From NCBI GenBank assembly GCA_964343605.1, contig CAYFKJ010000003.1, positions 73,474 through 137,473 of the forward strand: a stretch of 64,000 bases of DNA. The letters are read 5' to 3'. Position 1 is the stretch's first letter. Every line of letters begins with the position of its first letter. Source of the stretch: an uncultured Rhodospirillaceae bacterium (lineage in GTDB: Bacteria; Pseudomonadota; Alphaproteobacteria; UBA2966). A program made the position numbers and the translations under genes. This document shows positions 19,528 to 29,588 of this stretch, one piece after another. The notes beneath the pieces are model-generated. The model had not been told where the DNA came from. It did not search any database and saw only the letters and a program-made list of their open reading frames with translations.

Positions 19528-20659
19528 TTGAAGGCCGAGATCATATCCATATCCGAAGACATCAGGCAGTCGCTGGAACTGCTGAGGAGGCGTCTTTGAC
19601 TGGGAGACCGCGCTGGTCCGGCTGGAGGAGCTGAACGCCCTGGCGGAGGATCCCACGCTTTGGAACGATCCCGACAAGGCCCAAAAGACGATGCGGGAGC
19701 GCACGCGCCTCGACAATCAGATCAAGGCTGTGCGGGAGCTTGAGAGCGGGCTTGAGGACAATCTCGAACTGATCGAAATGGGCGAGGCCGAAGGCGATGA
19801 GGAGGTCGTCGCGGAGGCGGAGGCCGCCATCGAGGCTCTGGCCAAAATCGCCGCCAAGAGCCGCATCGAGAGCCTCTTGTCGGGCGAGGCCGACGGCAAC
19901 GACACCTATCTTGAGGTCCACGCCGGCGCCGGCGGCACCGAATCCCAGGACTGGGCGGAAATGCTGCTCCGGATGTACGTGCGCTGGTCGGAAGCGCACG
20001 GCTATAAGGTCGAATGGCTGGAGGAAAGCCCGGGCGAAGAAGCCGGCATCAAGTCGGCGACCCTGAAAGTGAACGGCGATAACGCTTACGGCTGGCTGAA
20101 AACCGAGGTCGGCGTCCACCGCCTCGTACGCATTTCGCCGTTCGATTCCTCGGCGCGGCGGCACACCAGCTTCGCCAGCGTGGGCGTCTATCCCGTGATC
20201 GACGACGCCATCGAAATCGAGGTCAACGACGGCGACATCCGTGTTGATACCTATCGCGCTTCCGGCGCCGGCGGCCAGCACGTCAACAAGACCGATTCGG
20301 CCGTGCGCATGACCCACATTCCAACCGGCATCGTGGTGCAGTGCCAGAACGACCGCTCCCAGCATAAGAACCGCGCCTCGGCCATGAGCATGCTGAAGGC
20401 GCGCCTCTATGAGGCCGAGCTGCAGCGGCGCGAGGAGGAGGCCCAGGCACAGGCGGACGCCAAAACCGATATCGGCTGGGGCCACCAGATCCGCTCCTAC
20501 GTGCTGCAGCCCTACCAGATGGTCAAGGATCTCCGCACCGGCGTGGAAACAGGCAACACCAGCGCCGTGCTGGACGGCGACCTCGACGATTTCATGGCGG
20601 CGGCGCTGGCCCAGCGTCTGGGCGGAGAGGGCTCGACGGGAGACTCGAAGGAAGGGTAG
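19528..20659 (+). CDS. prfB: peptide chain release factor 2, made by a programmed +1 frameshift: join(19528..19596,19598..20659)
   Basis: The frame-1 ORF (M)[22 protein letters not shown] ends at the in-frame TGA at 19597. This lies within AGGAGG-CGT-CTT-TGA-C, the canonical RF2 shift site with an internal SD. The +1 frame continues [12 protein letters not shown]...[23 protein letters not shown], containing the GGQ motif. Confidence 0.9.
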
Positions 20660-20686
20660 GCTTCACCCGGGCTTGGGGAGGCGCCG

Positions 20687-22102
20687 ATGGGTGAAATGAT
20701 TTCCATCCCGTTGTGGGTAGCGGGACTGGTGGTGTTGCTGGCGGCGTTGGCCGTGCTGGACCGCTTCCTGTTGCCGAGCGCGCGGTGGTTCCTGCGCCGC
20801 CGGGTCAGCCGGGCGGTGGAGGAACTCAATACCCGGCTCGACCTCAAGATCCAATCCTTCAAGCTGACGCGCCGCGAGGTGCTGATCGACCGGCTGACCT
20901 ACGACGCCGAGGTCATGCAGGCGGTGGAGGAGAAAAGCGCCACCGAAAACACCCCCCGCGAGGTGCTGATGGCGGAGGTCGCGCGCCACGCCCGCGAGAT
21001 CGTGCCGGCCTTCAACGCCTACATCTATTTCCGCATCGGCGCCTGGGCGGCGCGGCGGGTTGCCGAGTGGCTCTACCGCGTGCGCCTCGGCTATGCCGAC
21101 GAGGAAGGGTTGGCGGCGGTCGATCCCGAGGCCAGCGTCGTGTTCGTCATGAACCACCGCTCCAACATGGACTACGTGCTGGTGGCCTATCTCGCGGCCT
21201 CGCGCACGGCACTGTCCTACGCGGTGGGGGAGTGGGCCCGCATCTGGCCGCTGCAGGCGTTGATCCGCTCGCTCGGCGCCTATTTCGTCAGGCGCAACTC
21301 GGGCGATCAGCTTTACCGCCGGGTGCTGGAACGCTACGTCGCCATGGCCACGGCGGCGGGCGTGGTGCAGGCCGTCTATCCCGAGGGCGGCCTCAGCAAG
21401 GACGGCTACCTCAGGCCGCCGCGGCTCGGGTTGTTGAACTACATGCTGAAAGCGTTGGACACCGACGGCGCCAAGGACATCGTGTTCGTGCCCGTGGGCA
21501 TCAACTACGACCGGGTGTTCGAGGACCGCTCGCTTGTGCGGACGCTGGACGAGGACTCCGAGCGGCGCACGACGGGCTATGCGCTGAAGAAGACATTCAG
21601 CTTCATCGGCCACAACTTCGCCTTGATGGCGCGGCGGAAGTGGTATCGCTTCGGATATGCCTGCGTCAATTTCGGGCCTCCGGTGTCGGCCCGCGCCTGG
21701 CTGGCCGACGACGCCGACCGGGTCGGCGAAGATCATCGCGAACGCATCGAAGCGCTGGGCCGGCACCTCATGGACCGGGTCGGCCAGGTGGTGCCCGTGC
21801 TGCCGGTTTCCCTTGTCGCCACGGTGTTCGCCGCGCGGGCGGAGGAGGCCATCAGCGAGCTCGACCTCAAGGTGGCGGCCCATGCCCTGATCACCAAGCT
21901 GGAAGCCGTCGGCGCTCAGGTTTACGTGCCCCACGCGGATGCCGATTATGCCCTGTCGGTGGGGTTGCGGATGCTGACGCTGCGGCACCTGGTCGAGGAG
22001 AAAGACGGCCTTTTCCGCGTCAAAGCCGGCGAACTGCCGATCCTGCACTACTACGCCAACGCCATCGCCCACTTCTTCAATGAGGAGGGTAAGGGGGCGT
22101 GA
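20687..22102 (+). CDS. PlsB/GPAT-like glycerol-3-phosphate (or lysophospholipid) acyltransferase
   Basis: Acyltransferase HX4D motif in VFVMNHRSNMDYVLVAY. N-terminal TM helix. Confidence 0.6.
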   Translation: MGEMISIPLWVAGLVVLLAALAVLDRFLLPSARWFLRRRVSRAVEELNTRLDLKIQSFKLTRREVLIDRLTYDAEVMQAVEEKSATENTPREVLMAEVARHAREIVPAFNAYIYFRIGAWAARRVAEWLYRVRLGYADEEGLAAVDPEASVVFVMNHRSNMDYVLVAYLAASRTALSYAVGEWARIWPLQALIRSLGAYFVRRNSGDQLYRRVLERYVAMATAAGVVQAVYPEGGLSKDGYLRPPRLGLLNYMLKALDTDGAKDIVFVPVGINYDRVFEDRSLVRTLDEDSERRTTGYALKKTFSFIGHNFALMARRKWYRFGYACVNFGPPVSARAWLADDADRVGEDHRERIEALGRHLMDRVGQVVPVLPVSLVATVFAARAEEAISELDLKVAAHALITKLEAVGAQVYVPHADADYALSVGLRMLTLRHLVEEKDGLFRVKAGELPILHYYANAIAHFFNEEGKGA

Positions 22103-22761
22103 CCCAACAAGTCGTTCTCGTTCACGGCCTGGGACGTGGGTGGGCGAGCATGGCTCAGCTTGGCCGCGGCTTGGAGGCCGCCGGTTTCAGGGTCGCCTAT
22201 TGGGACTATCCCAGCCGGATGCACAGGTTGGCCGATCATGTCGAAGCCTTCAGGGCCTGGCTGAGGGCGCAGAATTTTACCGGCCCGGTTCATTTCGTCG
22301 GGCATTCGCTGGGCGGCATCGTCATTCGGGGCGCGCTGGCCGACGCTCCGCCCGTCGCATTGGGCCGCATCGTGCTGATCGCCGTGCCCAATCAGGGGGC
22401 CGGGGTGGTTTCGAGCTTCGGCGCCTTGCCCTTTTCGCGTTTCATTTTCGGTTTGCCGCTGGAAGACCTGGCCGAGGGTTCGCCGGCGCTGCGGGCGCTG
22501 GGCGTGCCGGATGCCGAGATCGGCATCATCGCCGGCGTGCAGCATTTCCACCCTTTCAACCCGATCTCCTACGTCAACCTGTTCCACCGCCATGGCCACG
22601 CTCATGACGGTACCGTGGAACTTGCCAACACCCGCCTGGAGGGCGCCAAGGAAGACGTCGTGATCGACGCTCACCACACCTTCATTTGCGACCACGCCGA
22701 AGTCATCGCGCAAACGACCGGATTTCTGCAAAATGGGGTGTTTTCCAAGCCCAAGGCCTGA
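22099..22761 (+). CDS. alpha/beta-hydrolase (lipase/esterase-like, GHSLGG nucleophile elbow)
   Basis: GHSLGG motif. GTG start overlaps the upstream stop (GTGA). Confidence 0.7.
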   Translation: MTQQVVLVHGLGRGWASMAQLGRGLEAAGFRVAYWDYPSRMHRLADHVEAFRAWLRAQNFTGPVHFVGHSLGGIVIRGALADAPPVALGRIVLIAVPNQGAGVVSSFGALPFSRFIFGLPLEDLAEGSPALRALGVPDAEIGIIAGVQHFHPFNPISYVNLFHRHGHAHDGTVELANTRLEGAKEDVVIDAHHTFICDHAEVIAQTTGFLQNGVFSKPKA

Positions 22762-22773
22762 GGAGACCCGAAT

Positions 22774-23541
22774 ATGAGCGACAAAACGCAGCACCGAGTC
22801 CTGGTCATCGTGCCGTTTCCCATGTCGGCGGAAAGCCTCGAGCTTCGGCGTCAACAACTCGACGCCGTGCAGCTTGGCGACGGCATTTCGTTCACGTTCG
22901 AATCAACTCGGGCAGCGCCCAAGAACTACGTCAGCCAGTCGGACCTGGTGCTGGCGGACATGGGCATGCTTGACGCGGGGCAGAGAGCCGAGGAGCGCGG
23001 TTTCGATGCCGTCTGCATCGACACCATGAGCGATTCCGGCGTGGCCGCCCTGCGCTCCGAATTGGACATCCCGGTTTTCGGTCCGGGGCGGGCTTCCGTC
23101 CTCATGGCCCTGTTGCTGGGTGACAGGTTCTCGATCGTCACCATGTGGCCGCATTGGAAGCACCTCTACGTCAAGACGCTCAAGGACCTGCGCCTCGCGG
23201 ATCACTGCGCCTCGATCCGCAGCATCGATATCGCGCCCGATAACCAAGCTCTGTTGGGCGGCAAGGAGGAAGAGGTCTTCCCGCTGCTGGAGGATGCCGC
23301 CAACAAATGCATCGAGGAGGACGGCGCCGAAGTCATCCTGCTGGGCTCGACGACGATGCATCAGGCTCACGGCTATCTCAGCGAGCGACTAAGCGTGCCT
23401 GTGATCAATCCCGGTCCCCTGACCTACAAGCTGGCGGAAGCGGCACTGGGACTGGGCTTGACGCACAGCCGGGCGGCCTACCCGAAAACGCTGGAATCGC
23501 GGCGGGATCTCGTCAGCCGAATGTTCGACGGGGTGAGCTGA
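22774..23541 (+). CDS. Asp/Glu/hydantoin racemase-family protein
   Basis: ~250-aa two-lobed racemase-like sequence with conserved Cys positions (CIDTM...; LLGSTTM). Confidence 0.55.
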   Translation: MSDKTQHRVLVIVPFPMSAESLELRRQQLDAVQLGDGISFTFESTRAAPKNYVSQSDLVLADMGMLDAGQRAEERGFDAVCIDTMSDSGVAALRSELDIPVFGPGRASVLMALLLGDRFSIVTMWPHWKHLYVKTLKDLRLADHCASIRSIDIAPDNQALLGGKEEEVFPLLEDAANKCIEEDGAEVILLGSTTMHQAHGYLSERLSVPVINPGPLTYKLAEAALGLGLTHSRAAYPKTLESRRDLVSRMFDGVS

Positions 23542-23557
23542 AACCGACCCGAAAGGA

Positions 23558-23595
23558 AATAAGAAACGGCCCGCCGGTAGGGGGCCGTTTCAGTG
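23558..23595. terminator. bidirectional terminator between the racemase and the bactofilin gene
   Basis: AAACGGCCC-(gccggtagg)-GGGCCGTTT hairpin, with a T-rich run on the minus strand. Confidence 0.5.
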
Positions 23596-23620
23596 AAATC
23601 TTGGTCCGGAAGGCGCGAAT

Positions 23621-24106
23621 TCAGGCGCTGGCGGCCGCTTTGGGCGCTTCCTTGGCCTCTTTCACGGGGGCTTCGGGAACCTTGGCTTCGGCTTCCTTGG
23701 TGCCGAAGGTGGCCTTGGCCTTGTTGACCACCGGCTGCGCATCGGCGCGCTTGAGCTGGCCTTCGATATAAGCGCCGGATTCCACGGAAAGAATTTCGTG
23801 AACGATGTCGCCGACGACATGGGCGGTCTTGGAGAGTTTGACCTCCTTGGCCTTCACCTTGCCGTCGATGGTGCCGCGGATCTCGATGGTTTGAGCAATA
23901 ATTTCGCCACAGACCTTGGCATGTTCGCCAATGGTCAATGAACGGCTGGAGACATCGCCGTCGATGGTGCCGTCAACCTGAACCTCGCCTTCGGTCTTCA
24001 GATTGCCGACGATGTGGAGATTGGCGCTGATTATGGATGGTGCCACGTTACCCCCCTCGTTCGCTGCTCTTTGTCCCGCTTGATCTTTCTCAGTTCTTGA
24101 AAACAT
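23621..24106 (-). CDS. bactofilin (polymer-forming cytoskeletal protein)
   Basis: Bactofilin beta-helix repeats (HIVGNLKTEGEVQVDGTIDGDVSSRSLTIGEHAKVCGEIIAQTIEIRGTIDG). A/K/E/P-rich C-terminal tail. Confidence 0.8.
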   Translation of the reverse strand: MFSRTEKDQAGQRAANEGGNVAPSIISANLHIVGNLKTEGEVQVDGTIDGDVSSRSLTIGEHAKVCGEIIAQTIEIRGTIDGKVKAKEVKLSKTAHVVGDIVHEILSVESGAYIEGQLKRADAQPVVNKAKATFGTKEAEAKVPEAPVKEAKEAPKAAASA

Positions 24107-25424
24107 ATCGTCCCGCTTTCAAAAAATTGGCCGGGTTTCGGGATTTGCCGTTGAAGGTTACTTCGTAATGAACGTGGTAACCCGTGCTCCGGCCGGTGCT
24201 CCCCATGAGACCGATTTTTTCCCGAAAATCAACACGCTGTCCCTTTTTTACAAGAATCCGGTGCAAATGGCCATAGCGCGTCTTGAGACCCAATCCGTGG
24301 TCAATTTCGATCATCCGGCCCAAAGGCCCGTTGCGGCCCGCGAAGGTCACCACGCCCGCCGCCGTGGCCCGGACCCGGGATTTGAACACGCCCGCCAGAT
24401 CAAGACCGTGATGGCTGGCCCAGCGCTTGGTAAAGGGGTCCTTGCGGCGGCCGTAGCCGCTGGAAATCGAGTAGCTGTCGACGGGGGCGGTCAGAGGCAG
24501 GCGCTGGAGGATGTTCTGCAACGCTTCCCAGCGGCCGATGTGGGATTCCAAGGCGGTGACGCTGGTTTCGTAGCCCCGGTCCATGCCCGCGAATTCATCG
24601 CTCGCGTCGCCTGCGTCGAGATTGATCAACGGTCCGCCGACACCCTTGCCGTTCGGGATGGCGCGTTTCACCAGGCCTTCCAGGTCAAGCTTGGTGATTT
24701 TGATCATTTCCTCCATTTCGGCGACATTCAATTCGGTGCGTTCATGAAGCCGTGCAATCAGGTTTTGCTGTGAAAATTTGATCTCGGCCAGCCTTTCCTC
24801 AAGCTGGTTGACGTGGTCGCTGAGGGCATCGCGCCGCTCCCGCGCACTGTCCCGCTGCAGGGTAAGCTGACTAAGTTTTTCCAGCGCGCCGTCGAGCGCT
24901 TTGCTCAGGCTGCTGCGTTCGTTCGTCGTGGTTTCGAGATCGGATTCGATGTTGGCCAGGCGGCGCTTCAGATCCTTTTTAACCTGGATGACCTCGTCGC
25001 GGGCCGAGGACACCTGATCGAGTTCCTCCGTAAGCGCGCCGAGTTTCCGTTCCAAGTTGTCCTTCAAAGTCACGATCTTGACCAACTGGCGGTGTTTTTC
25101 CTCCAGTTCTCGGGTCATCGCCGTGAAGCGTTCCTCGGTATCGATGAGTTGGCTGGCGAGCTCCTCGTACGTCAGCTCCATCTTGGCGATCTGACGGTTT
25201 TTGCTGTCGATGATTTCGTTCTTGAAAATCAGGTAAATCGAGGCGAAAGCGACCCAGCCAAGGAAAGCGAGAACAGCCACCGAGATGAGGGTCTGGGAGG
25301 TCCCGCCGAGCGAAACGTAATGAACGTGGCCGCGGCTGCGGTAATAGAACTCCCGCTCCGGAAACATCCGTTTCCAGAGTCGTTTCGCGCGCACCCGCCA
25401 CGTGATGGTCTCGTCGACCCCCAT
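24090..25424 (-). CDS. M23/LytM-family peptidoglycan endopeptidase with TM anchor and long coiled coil (LmdC/EnvC-like)
   Basis: C-terminal M23 motifs (HHGLDLAG...GSTGRSTGYHVHYEV). N-terminal TM helix. Coiled-coil middle. Overlaps the bactofilin start by 17 nt. Confidence 0.8.
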   Translation of the reverse strand: MGVDETITWRVRAKRLWKRMFPEREFYYRSRGHVHYVSLGGTSQTLISVAVLAFLGWVAFASIYLIFKNEIIDSKNRQIAKMELTYEELASQLIDTEERFTAMTRELEEKHRQLVKIVTLKDNLERKLGALTEELDQVSSARDEVIQVKKDLKRRLANIESDLETTTNERSSLSKALDGALEKLSQLTLQRDSARERRDALSDHVNQLEERLAEIKFSQQNLIARLHERTELNVAEMEEMIKITKLDLEGLVKRAIPNGKGVGGPLINLDAGDASDEFAGMDRGYETSVTALESHIGRWEALQNILQRLPLTAPVDSYSISSGYGRRKDPFTKRWASHHGLDLAGVFKSRVRATAAGVVTFAGRNGPLGRMIEIDHGLGLKTRYGHLHRILVKKGQRVDFREKIGLMGSTGRSTGYHVHYEVTFNGKSRNPANFLKAGRYVFKN

Positions 25425-25566
25425 AAGCCTTCCGTTATCGCTTAAATGATCAAACCAATTTACAAACCAAGTCTATGCCGCCGACCCGATTGTTCACTCA
25501 GGCTGGACGGCCAAAACGTTAGATTTCCATGACGGACACGGCTTGTCTACCGTGTGTTTCAAATTT

Positions 25567-26403
25567 TTAGCGCTTTGCGGCGAGGGGGCCGTAAAATTGT
25601 TCCCCGAATCCGGCGAGGTCGCGGGCAGATACGTTGAACGGTCCCTGAACGCGTCCCTTGAAGTACCGATTGACCAATTCCCGGTATGCGATCTCCGATT
25701 CCATCCCACGGTATTCGGCAAGCCGGGAAAACCAGGTAACTCCGGTGCGGACATGCTTGATCTCATCTTGATAGATCACGTCCAAAACTGCCGCGTCCTC
25801 CTCGTGGCCGTGGGAACGCAGGCGTTTCACGGTGTCGGGGGTGACGTCCAGGCCGCGCGCCTCCAGAACGAGTGGTACGACAGCGAGACGGGCCAACAGG
25901 TCGCCGCTTGTCGCCTGCGCCGCTTCCCATAGTCCGTCATGTGCCGGCAAATCTCCATAACTCAAGTCGACGTGCCTGAGGCGTTCCGCCAGCAGTTCAA
26001 AGTGCTTGGCTTCCTCGTCGGCGACCTCCACCCAATCGTCGCAGAACGACTTGGCGCTCTCGCTGGAGATGGTCAACAGCGGTTCGGAGCGTACGAACCG
26101 GGCAATGATGTCCCAGGCCAGATCGATGGCATTCAACTCGATATGGGCGAGCGCGTGGAGCAGCGCGCCTTTGCCCCTGTCGCCCGCCGTGCTTCGTTTG
26201 GGCATATCGCGGGGCCGGCGCAATTCGGGTTTGGCGGGGCGTGCCGGGCGGTCGGGCGGAGAAGGGTTTCCCGGGGCGTCAAGGGTAAGGCCGCCGTTTC
26301 GCCAGTCCGAGGCGAGCACCCGGCTCAGCGCGACCTTATCCGCCGGGCGCGGGGAGTGGATTATTTCGATGCCGCGGGAAATTAGAGTGTCTGACGATTT
26401 CAT
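25567..26403 (-). CDS. ferritin-like domain protein (DUF455-like)
   Basis: Helical protein with the LLHALAHIELNAIDLAWD motif. The assignment is from memory of the family, so it is weak. Confidence 0.4.
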   Translation of the reverse strand: MKSSDTLISRGIEIIHSPRPADKVALSRVLASDWRNGGLTLDAPGNPSPPDRPARPAKPELRRPRDMPKRSTAGDRGKGALLHALAHIELNAIDLAWDIIARFVRSEPLLTISSESAKSFCDDWVEVADEEAKHFELLAERLRHVDLSYGDLPAHDGLWEAAQATSGDLLARLAVVPLVLEARGLDVTPDTVKRLRSHGHEEDAAVLDVIYQDEIKHVRTGVTWFSRLAEYRGMESEIAYRELVNRYFKGRVQGPFNVSARDLAGFGEQFYGPLAAKR

Positions 26404-26452
26404 TTATTTTTCATATTATCAATTAGATATATTTAGTTATTAAACTAATAAC

Positions 26453-29400
26453 TCATGTTTTATTCGGCTCATCAAGCTGGCCCGCGGGCTCGGCGATAAT
26501 GTCCTTGAAGTGCCCAAAGGCCACGGCCTGCGTATCGATAAGGCGGGCCCGCGCAGTGCTGAAATCCGGTTCGCCGACCGCGGCGGCGAGGGCGGCACGC
26601 AGGCCTTCCGGAGCGTTGTCATCCGCAAAATCGTCGCTCGTAGTCTGGCGCAAGAGGCCCTGGACGTTGCGCATCAAAACGATCGCCTCGACGAGATCGG
26701 CGGCAGTTCCCTGATCCAGCAAGCCAGCGCCCCTCAGGCGCTCGAAGGCGCCGCTGGTATTGCCGTCAATCACCTCCGGATGCTCGTGAGCGTGCCTTAG
26801 CACAAGGTACTGGGCGATGAATTCCAAATCGACAATGCCGCCGCGCACGTATTTCACGGACCAGGGATTGGCGGTTGGACGGTCCCGCTCGATGCGCTCG
26901 CGCATTTCGGCCACGTCCTTCAACAGCTTGTCTTCATCGCGCGAGGCGCTGAGCACTTGCCCGATCACCTGTTCAACCTGCTGCGCCAGGTTTTCCGGCC
27001 CGGCCACGGTGCGGGCTCTCACCAGCGCCATGTGCTCCCAGGTCCAGGCGTCCGATTTTTGGTAGGCGGAAAAGCCGTCGAGGCGGACGGCGATCGGACC
27101 GGCGGCCCCCGATGGACGCAGGCGCATGTCGACGTCGTAGAGCCGGCCTTCGCCCGTCATGGCGTTGAGGGCGTTGATCAGACGTTTTGCCAGGCGTGCA
27201 TAGTATTCCGTAACCGACAGCGGCCGTTCTCCGTCGGAGGCCGAAACATCGTCCGGATGATCGTAAACGAATGTCAGATCCAAATCAGAGCCCGCCGTCA
27301 TTTCACGCGCCCCCAGTTTGCCCATGGCGATAACCACGAATTCGCCGCCGGGAACGACGCCATGCCGCTCCGCCAGTTCCTCGGAAACGCAGCCGAGGAG
27401 GGCACGGATGGGAACGTCGGCGAGGTCGGCCAATCCGGGACCCGCGGCATTGGCGTCGAGAAGGTGCCGCAGGTTTTGCACGCCGACTTGAAAGCGCCGG
27501 CCGTGGCTCCATCGCCGGGTGACGTCCAGAACGTCCTGAATGTCGCGGGCCCGGCTGAGTGCGCCCTCCAGTTCCGCCCGCAATTCGTTGGCGTCGGGCA
27601 GCGGATCGTAAAACCCCGGAGATATAACGCCGTCCAGCAGACTGGGGTTGCGGCTCAGGTATTCCGCCAGGCGGGGCGCGCCGCCCATGATTTCGCCGAC
27701 CAGGCTCAGCAAACCGGGATGGGCGTGAAAAAGCGAAAATAGCTGGACACCCGACGGCAGCTTGCCCAGGAATTCGTCGAACTTGAGCAGGGCGGCATCC
27801 GGGTTCAGCGTGTCTGCCAAAGTAGCCAACAAGATCGGCATGAGTTCGGTCAGAAGCTCGCGGGCACGGACGCTGCGCGTGGCGCGGTATCGGCCGTGAT
27901 GCCAGCGCCGGATGGCGGCCGCCGCCGTGGCCGGCTCGCGGTATCCCATGGATGCCAGCGTCTCGATGGTGCCCGGATCGTCTTCGGTGCCGGTGAAGAC
28001 CAGATTGCCAGCAACCCCGTCCGCGGCGCCCAGATCGGGAGCATCCTCGAACAGCCGCGCGTAGTGGTTTTGGACCCGCTCCAGATTGCGCAGAACATCC
28101 GCCTCGAACTGGGAAACATCGTCATAGCCGGAAAATGCCGCAACATGTGCGAGGCCCTCAGGGTCTTCAGGCAGGGTCTGGGTCTGCTCGTCGGCGATCA
28201 TTTGAAGCCGGTGTTCCAGGCGGCGGAGGAAGCCGTAGCTGTCGATCATTTCCGCGGCCACGTCCGAAGTAATCTGTTCGCTTTCCGCCAGCGCCGTCAG
28301 CGCGGCGCAGGTTCCGGGCTGGCGCAGCGTCGGATCGCGGCCGCCGGCGATTAGCTGCTGGGTTTGGGCGAAAAATTCGATTTCCCGTATGCCGCCGCGG
28401 CCCACCTTGATGTTGTGTCCCGGCACCGTGACCTGCCGGTGTCCCTTGTGGGCGTGGATCTGGCGTTTGATCGAATGAATGTCCTCGATGGCCGCAAAAT
28501 CGAGAAATTTCCGCCAGATGAACGGGGAAATGCGCTGCAGGAACCCGGCGCCCGCCTCGATGTCCCCGGCCACCGGGCGGGCTTTGATCATGGCGGCGCG
28601 TTCCCAGTTCTGACCGACGCTTTCGTAATAGTTCTCCGCGGCTGCCATCGACAACGCGACGGGGGTCGCACCGGCATCCGGGCGCAGCCGCAGATCGGTG
28701 CGGAATACATAGCCGTCGCCGGTTCTGTCCTGGATGATTTTGACCAGATCCCGGGTCAGGCGGACGAAGCCGTCCTGCGGACCACGGGTCCCGACGTAGC
28801 TGTCGACTTCCTGGTCCCACAGCACGATCAGGTCGATGTCGCTTGAGTAATTGAGTTCGTCGGCGCCAAGTTTGCCCATGCCCAGGATCGTGAGGCCGGA
28901 GCTGCGGCACGGATCGTCAGGATCGGCGATCTCGAAATTACCCGCGGATGCTTCCATCCTGAGCAGATGTTCAAGGGCGAGGTCGAGCACTAAGGACGCA
29001 TACCCCGACAAGGCCGCCGTCACTTCCGCCAGGGACCAGGCGCCGGCCAAATCCGCTGCCGCTGTCAACAGCGCGAGGCGGGTTTTGCCCTGACGCAGGA
29101 CCGCCATGAGATTCGCCGTGCTGCCGGCTTCACGGGCCTGCTGCCGGACTTCGCCGAAGAGTTCTTGCAGGCTGATTTCAGGGCGCCGAGTTGCTATACT
29201 GTGAACAAATCCCGGATCTCTGATCACATTTCGCGCGAGATAAGGGCTATTGCCGAACAGCGCCGTCAGGAACGCTCGGCCGGCCTCGTCCTCCGCAAAC
29301 GCGTGGATGAAATCGGAATGGCTTTCGGTTGCAATTGATTCGGCGGCGGCATACCAATCGCTGAAGCCATTCTTGACGCTCTCAGCGTCGAATGGGGGTG

Positions 29401-29545
29401 GTAACGAAGAAGCGTCGGCAAACAGAGCGAACACGCGATTTTCCTTCCCGCCGAGGTTTCCGGCATGCTGCGCGAAGCCATGGTATGGGTCAAGAACGGC
29501 TGCGGCAATTTCGGCGGATCCGTTGCGGGCCCGGCCGAGAGTCAT
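26453..29545 (-). CDS. glnE: bifunctional glutamine synthetase adenylyltransferase / adenylyl-removing enzyme
   Basis: Two nucleotidyltransferase domains (ILGMGKLGADELNYSSDIDLIVLWD and AMGKLGAREMTAGSDLDLTFVYD). ~1000 aa. The start may be an internal codon. Confidence 0.88.
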   Translation of the reverse strand: MTLGRARNGSAEIAAAVLDPYHGFAQHAGNLGGKENRVFALFADASSLPPPFDAESVKNGFSDWYAAAESIATESHSDFIHAFAEDEAGRAFLTALFGNSPYLARNVIRDPGFVHSIATRRPEISLQELFGEVRQQAREAGSTANLMAVLRQGKTRLALLTAAADLAGAWSLAEVTAALSGYASLVLDLALEHLLRMEASAGNFEIADPDDPCRSSGLTILGMGKLGADELNYSSDIDLIVLWDQEVDSYVGTRGPQDGFVRLTRDLVKIIQDRTGDGYVFRTDLRLRPDAGATPVALSMAAAENYYESVGQNWERAAMIKARPVAGDIEAGAGFLQRISPFIWRKFLDFAAIEDIHSIKRQIHAHKGHRQVTVPGHNIKVGRGGIREIEFFAQTQQLIAGGRDPTLRQPGTCAALTALAESEQITSDVAAEMIDSYGFLRRLEHRLQMIADEQTQTLPEDPEGLAHVAAFSGYDDVSQFEADVLRNLERVQNHYARLFEDAPDLGAADGVAGNLVFTGTEDDPGTIETLASMGYREPATAAAAIRRWHHGRYRATRSVRARELLTELMPILLATLADTLNPDAALLKFDEFLGKLPSGVQLFSLFHAHPGLLSLVGEIMGGAPRLAEYLSRNPSLLDGVISPGFYDPLPDANELRAELEGALSRARDIQDVLDVTRRWSHGRRFQVGVQNLRHLLDANAAGPGLADLADVPIRALLGCVSEELAERHGVVPGGEFVVIAMGKLGAREMTAGSDLDLTFVYDHPDDVSASDGERPLSVTEYYARLAKRLINALNAMTGEGRLYDVDMRLRPSGAAGPIAVRLDGFSAYQKSDAWTWEHMALVRARTVAGPENLAQQVEQVIGQVLSASRDEDKLLKDVAEMRERIERDRPTANPWSVKYVRGGIVDLEFIAQYLVLRHAHEHPEVIDGNTSGAFERLRGAGLLDQGTAADLVEAIVLMRNVQGLLRQTTSDDFADDNAPEGLRAALAAAVGEPDFSTARARLIDTQAVAFGHFKDIIAEPAGQLDEPNKT

Positions 29546-29588
29546 GATATTGATGGTTGAAACAGATTAGCGTACCCGGACGAACCAA

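Noticed and set aside
29546-29588. Possibility that the AsmA-like gene starts upstream of 29589
   Set aside because: An in-frame TAG at 29568 closes the frame. Only the GTG at 29589 or the ATG near 29634 are possible.
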